From Phoronis australis (lineage: Eukaryota > Animalia > Phoronida), in NCBI GenBank assembly GCA_002633005.1, contig NMRA01000258.1, positions 1 to 64,000 on the forward strand: a stretch of 64,000 bases of DNA, in the 5' to 3' direction. The notes below the pieces were generated by a model that was not told where the DNA came from, ran no database searches, and saw only the letters and a program-made list of their open reading frames with translations. Positions 62,648 to 64,000 of the stretch are shown here, in pieces. The translations under genes and the position numbers were made by a program. Each line of letters begins with the position of its first letter. The first letter of the stretch is position 1.

Positions 62648-64000
62648 TGACGGTCAGGTCCCAGGATCAGGTTACATGGTTAACTTCCTGACGTCAAGGA
62701 CTGTGTCTTGGCCTGTTGTTGTGAATGTCATGACAAGGTGGTTCAAGTTACAGTCGAGTGACTTACCTGAAAGTCTGCTTCTGATATTCATGTAGTGTGG
62801 CTGCTGCAGTGTGCCGTAAATGTCATGGTGTCCTAGGTCAGGTCAGAGGTCATGCCTGGGTGGGCATTGTTGCAAATATGAGGCTTTACTTATGAAGATG
62901 AAGCTGTTAAAAGTTGAAGTACTGTTTCATTTAGAACAGGCGTTGTTTTATGGGATTGTGCAAACAAAATTGATATGTCATCCTGAAAAATGGAAATAGG
63001 GTTCTATGATGACCATTGTTAATGTATCGGTAAAGGATAGTCTTCAAAATTTTGTCTTATGTTTATTGTTGGGATCTTTAAAAGGTAAATTATCAGCGTC
63101 AACTTGTTTGTTCTTAGTTTGTATGTGCATGTTGCCACTCTTGTCTATCAACACATTCCTCTTTCTTCATCTCTTACAAACTTGCTGACGCATCAAGTGT
63201 GGATGTTCTGAGACTGTTCTTTTCATCAAGAAAACACAGCCACCTGTTTTATAGCAAATCCTCACTTAGTGGGCCTAGTCCGGCCCTGGAGACAGTTGCA
63301 GGTGTTCAGAACTGTTTCCTTACATCGTCAGTCTGCCTCAGTGTGTATGCTACATATTATGATGTTATTTTTTTCTATTTTTGATTGTTGTGTTATGTAT
63401 TACATGTAAATAACATCACCTTTTGAGGTTAAGTGCAACACCTGTCGGACATCTCAATTATTAAAAAATAGAAAAAATATTGACAGCTTTTGCTTATACT
63501 AGAGCCTGTATGTTTCAATACGTTTGTGCTGCACTTGAACATATAGACTTGAAATATTGCTAATTGTGTATGTTGGTTATGAGTACTACTCATCCCATAG
63601 CTTTTATTTTATGAAACATTGGTCTATTTGTTTTTATTCTTACCTTGAAAGTTTACAGTGGGAGAATTGTAATATGTATGTATTATTGGGTAGCAATTAT
63701 TTTTATGCTTCTTTTTTGAAATTTTGTCTAAGAGAATTTTTGAGTATATCTCATTAGCATGAAATGCATAATATTGTTGAAAGTTACAATAAAAATTATC
63801 TAGTTTGGGACAGTGAGAGAACTGGATTATTTTGCTCCAGGCTGGAACTTGCACCAACTTTTAGAAATAGACGATACTGGCCTTCTAAATTCCAGGTGAT
63901 CAGTGCCTGGCAGTGGGTCCACATGCGCGACCTGCTTACATCTCGTATAACGTGTATCACCAGACCGCCTCAAATTCCAGAATTAATATCAAAGACCCAT

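Overview
AT-rich animal genomic DNA, probably from an invertebrate (inferred from the repeat types and gene families), with GT-AG introns and two N-gaps (22116-22835, 55006-55670). Two host genes are visible. Three internal exons of a ZnT2/SLC30A2-like zinc transporter lie at 5568-13587 (+); its first and last exons were not found. A complete 8-coding-exon NR1-type nuclear receptor lies at 49631-62647 (+, about 749 aa); like Rev-erb it ends without helix 12/AF-2. The most notable content is two related Polinton/Maverick (adintovirus-like) elements. The first is a 3.8-kb internally deleted element (6447-10270) with AGTAGT...ACTACT ends and a 6-bp AACCCC target duplication; its left arm is an inverted copy of its polB-proximal right end. 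The second (17252 to about 23485) has open ORFs for protease, major capsid, a basic core-like protein, minor capsid, a small 2-TM protein and integrase. It also has a terminal array of about 18 AGGTCA motifs, repeated TATA+Inr promoter-like motifs and a possible antisense spliced leader. The rest is nested transposon debris: LINE, Gypsy, a Penelope foldback with hammerhead-like motifs, Kolobok, EnSpm/CMC, hAT, Helentron-type HINEs, a tRNA-derived SINE and MITEs. All family assignments come from reading motifs by eye; no database search was run.
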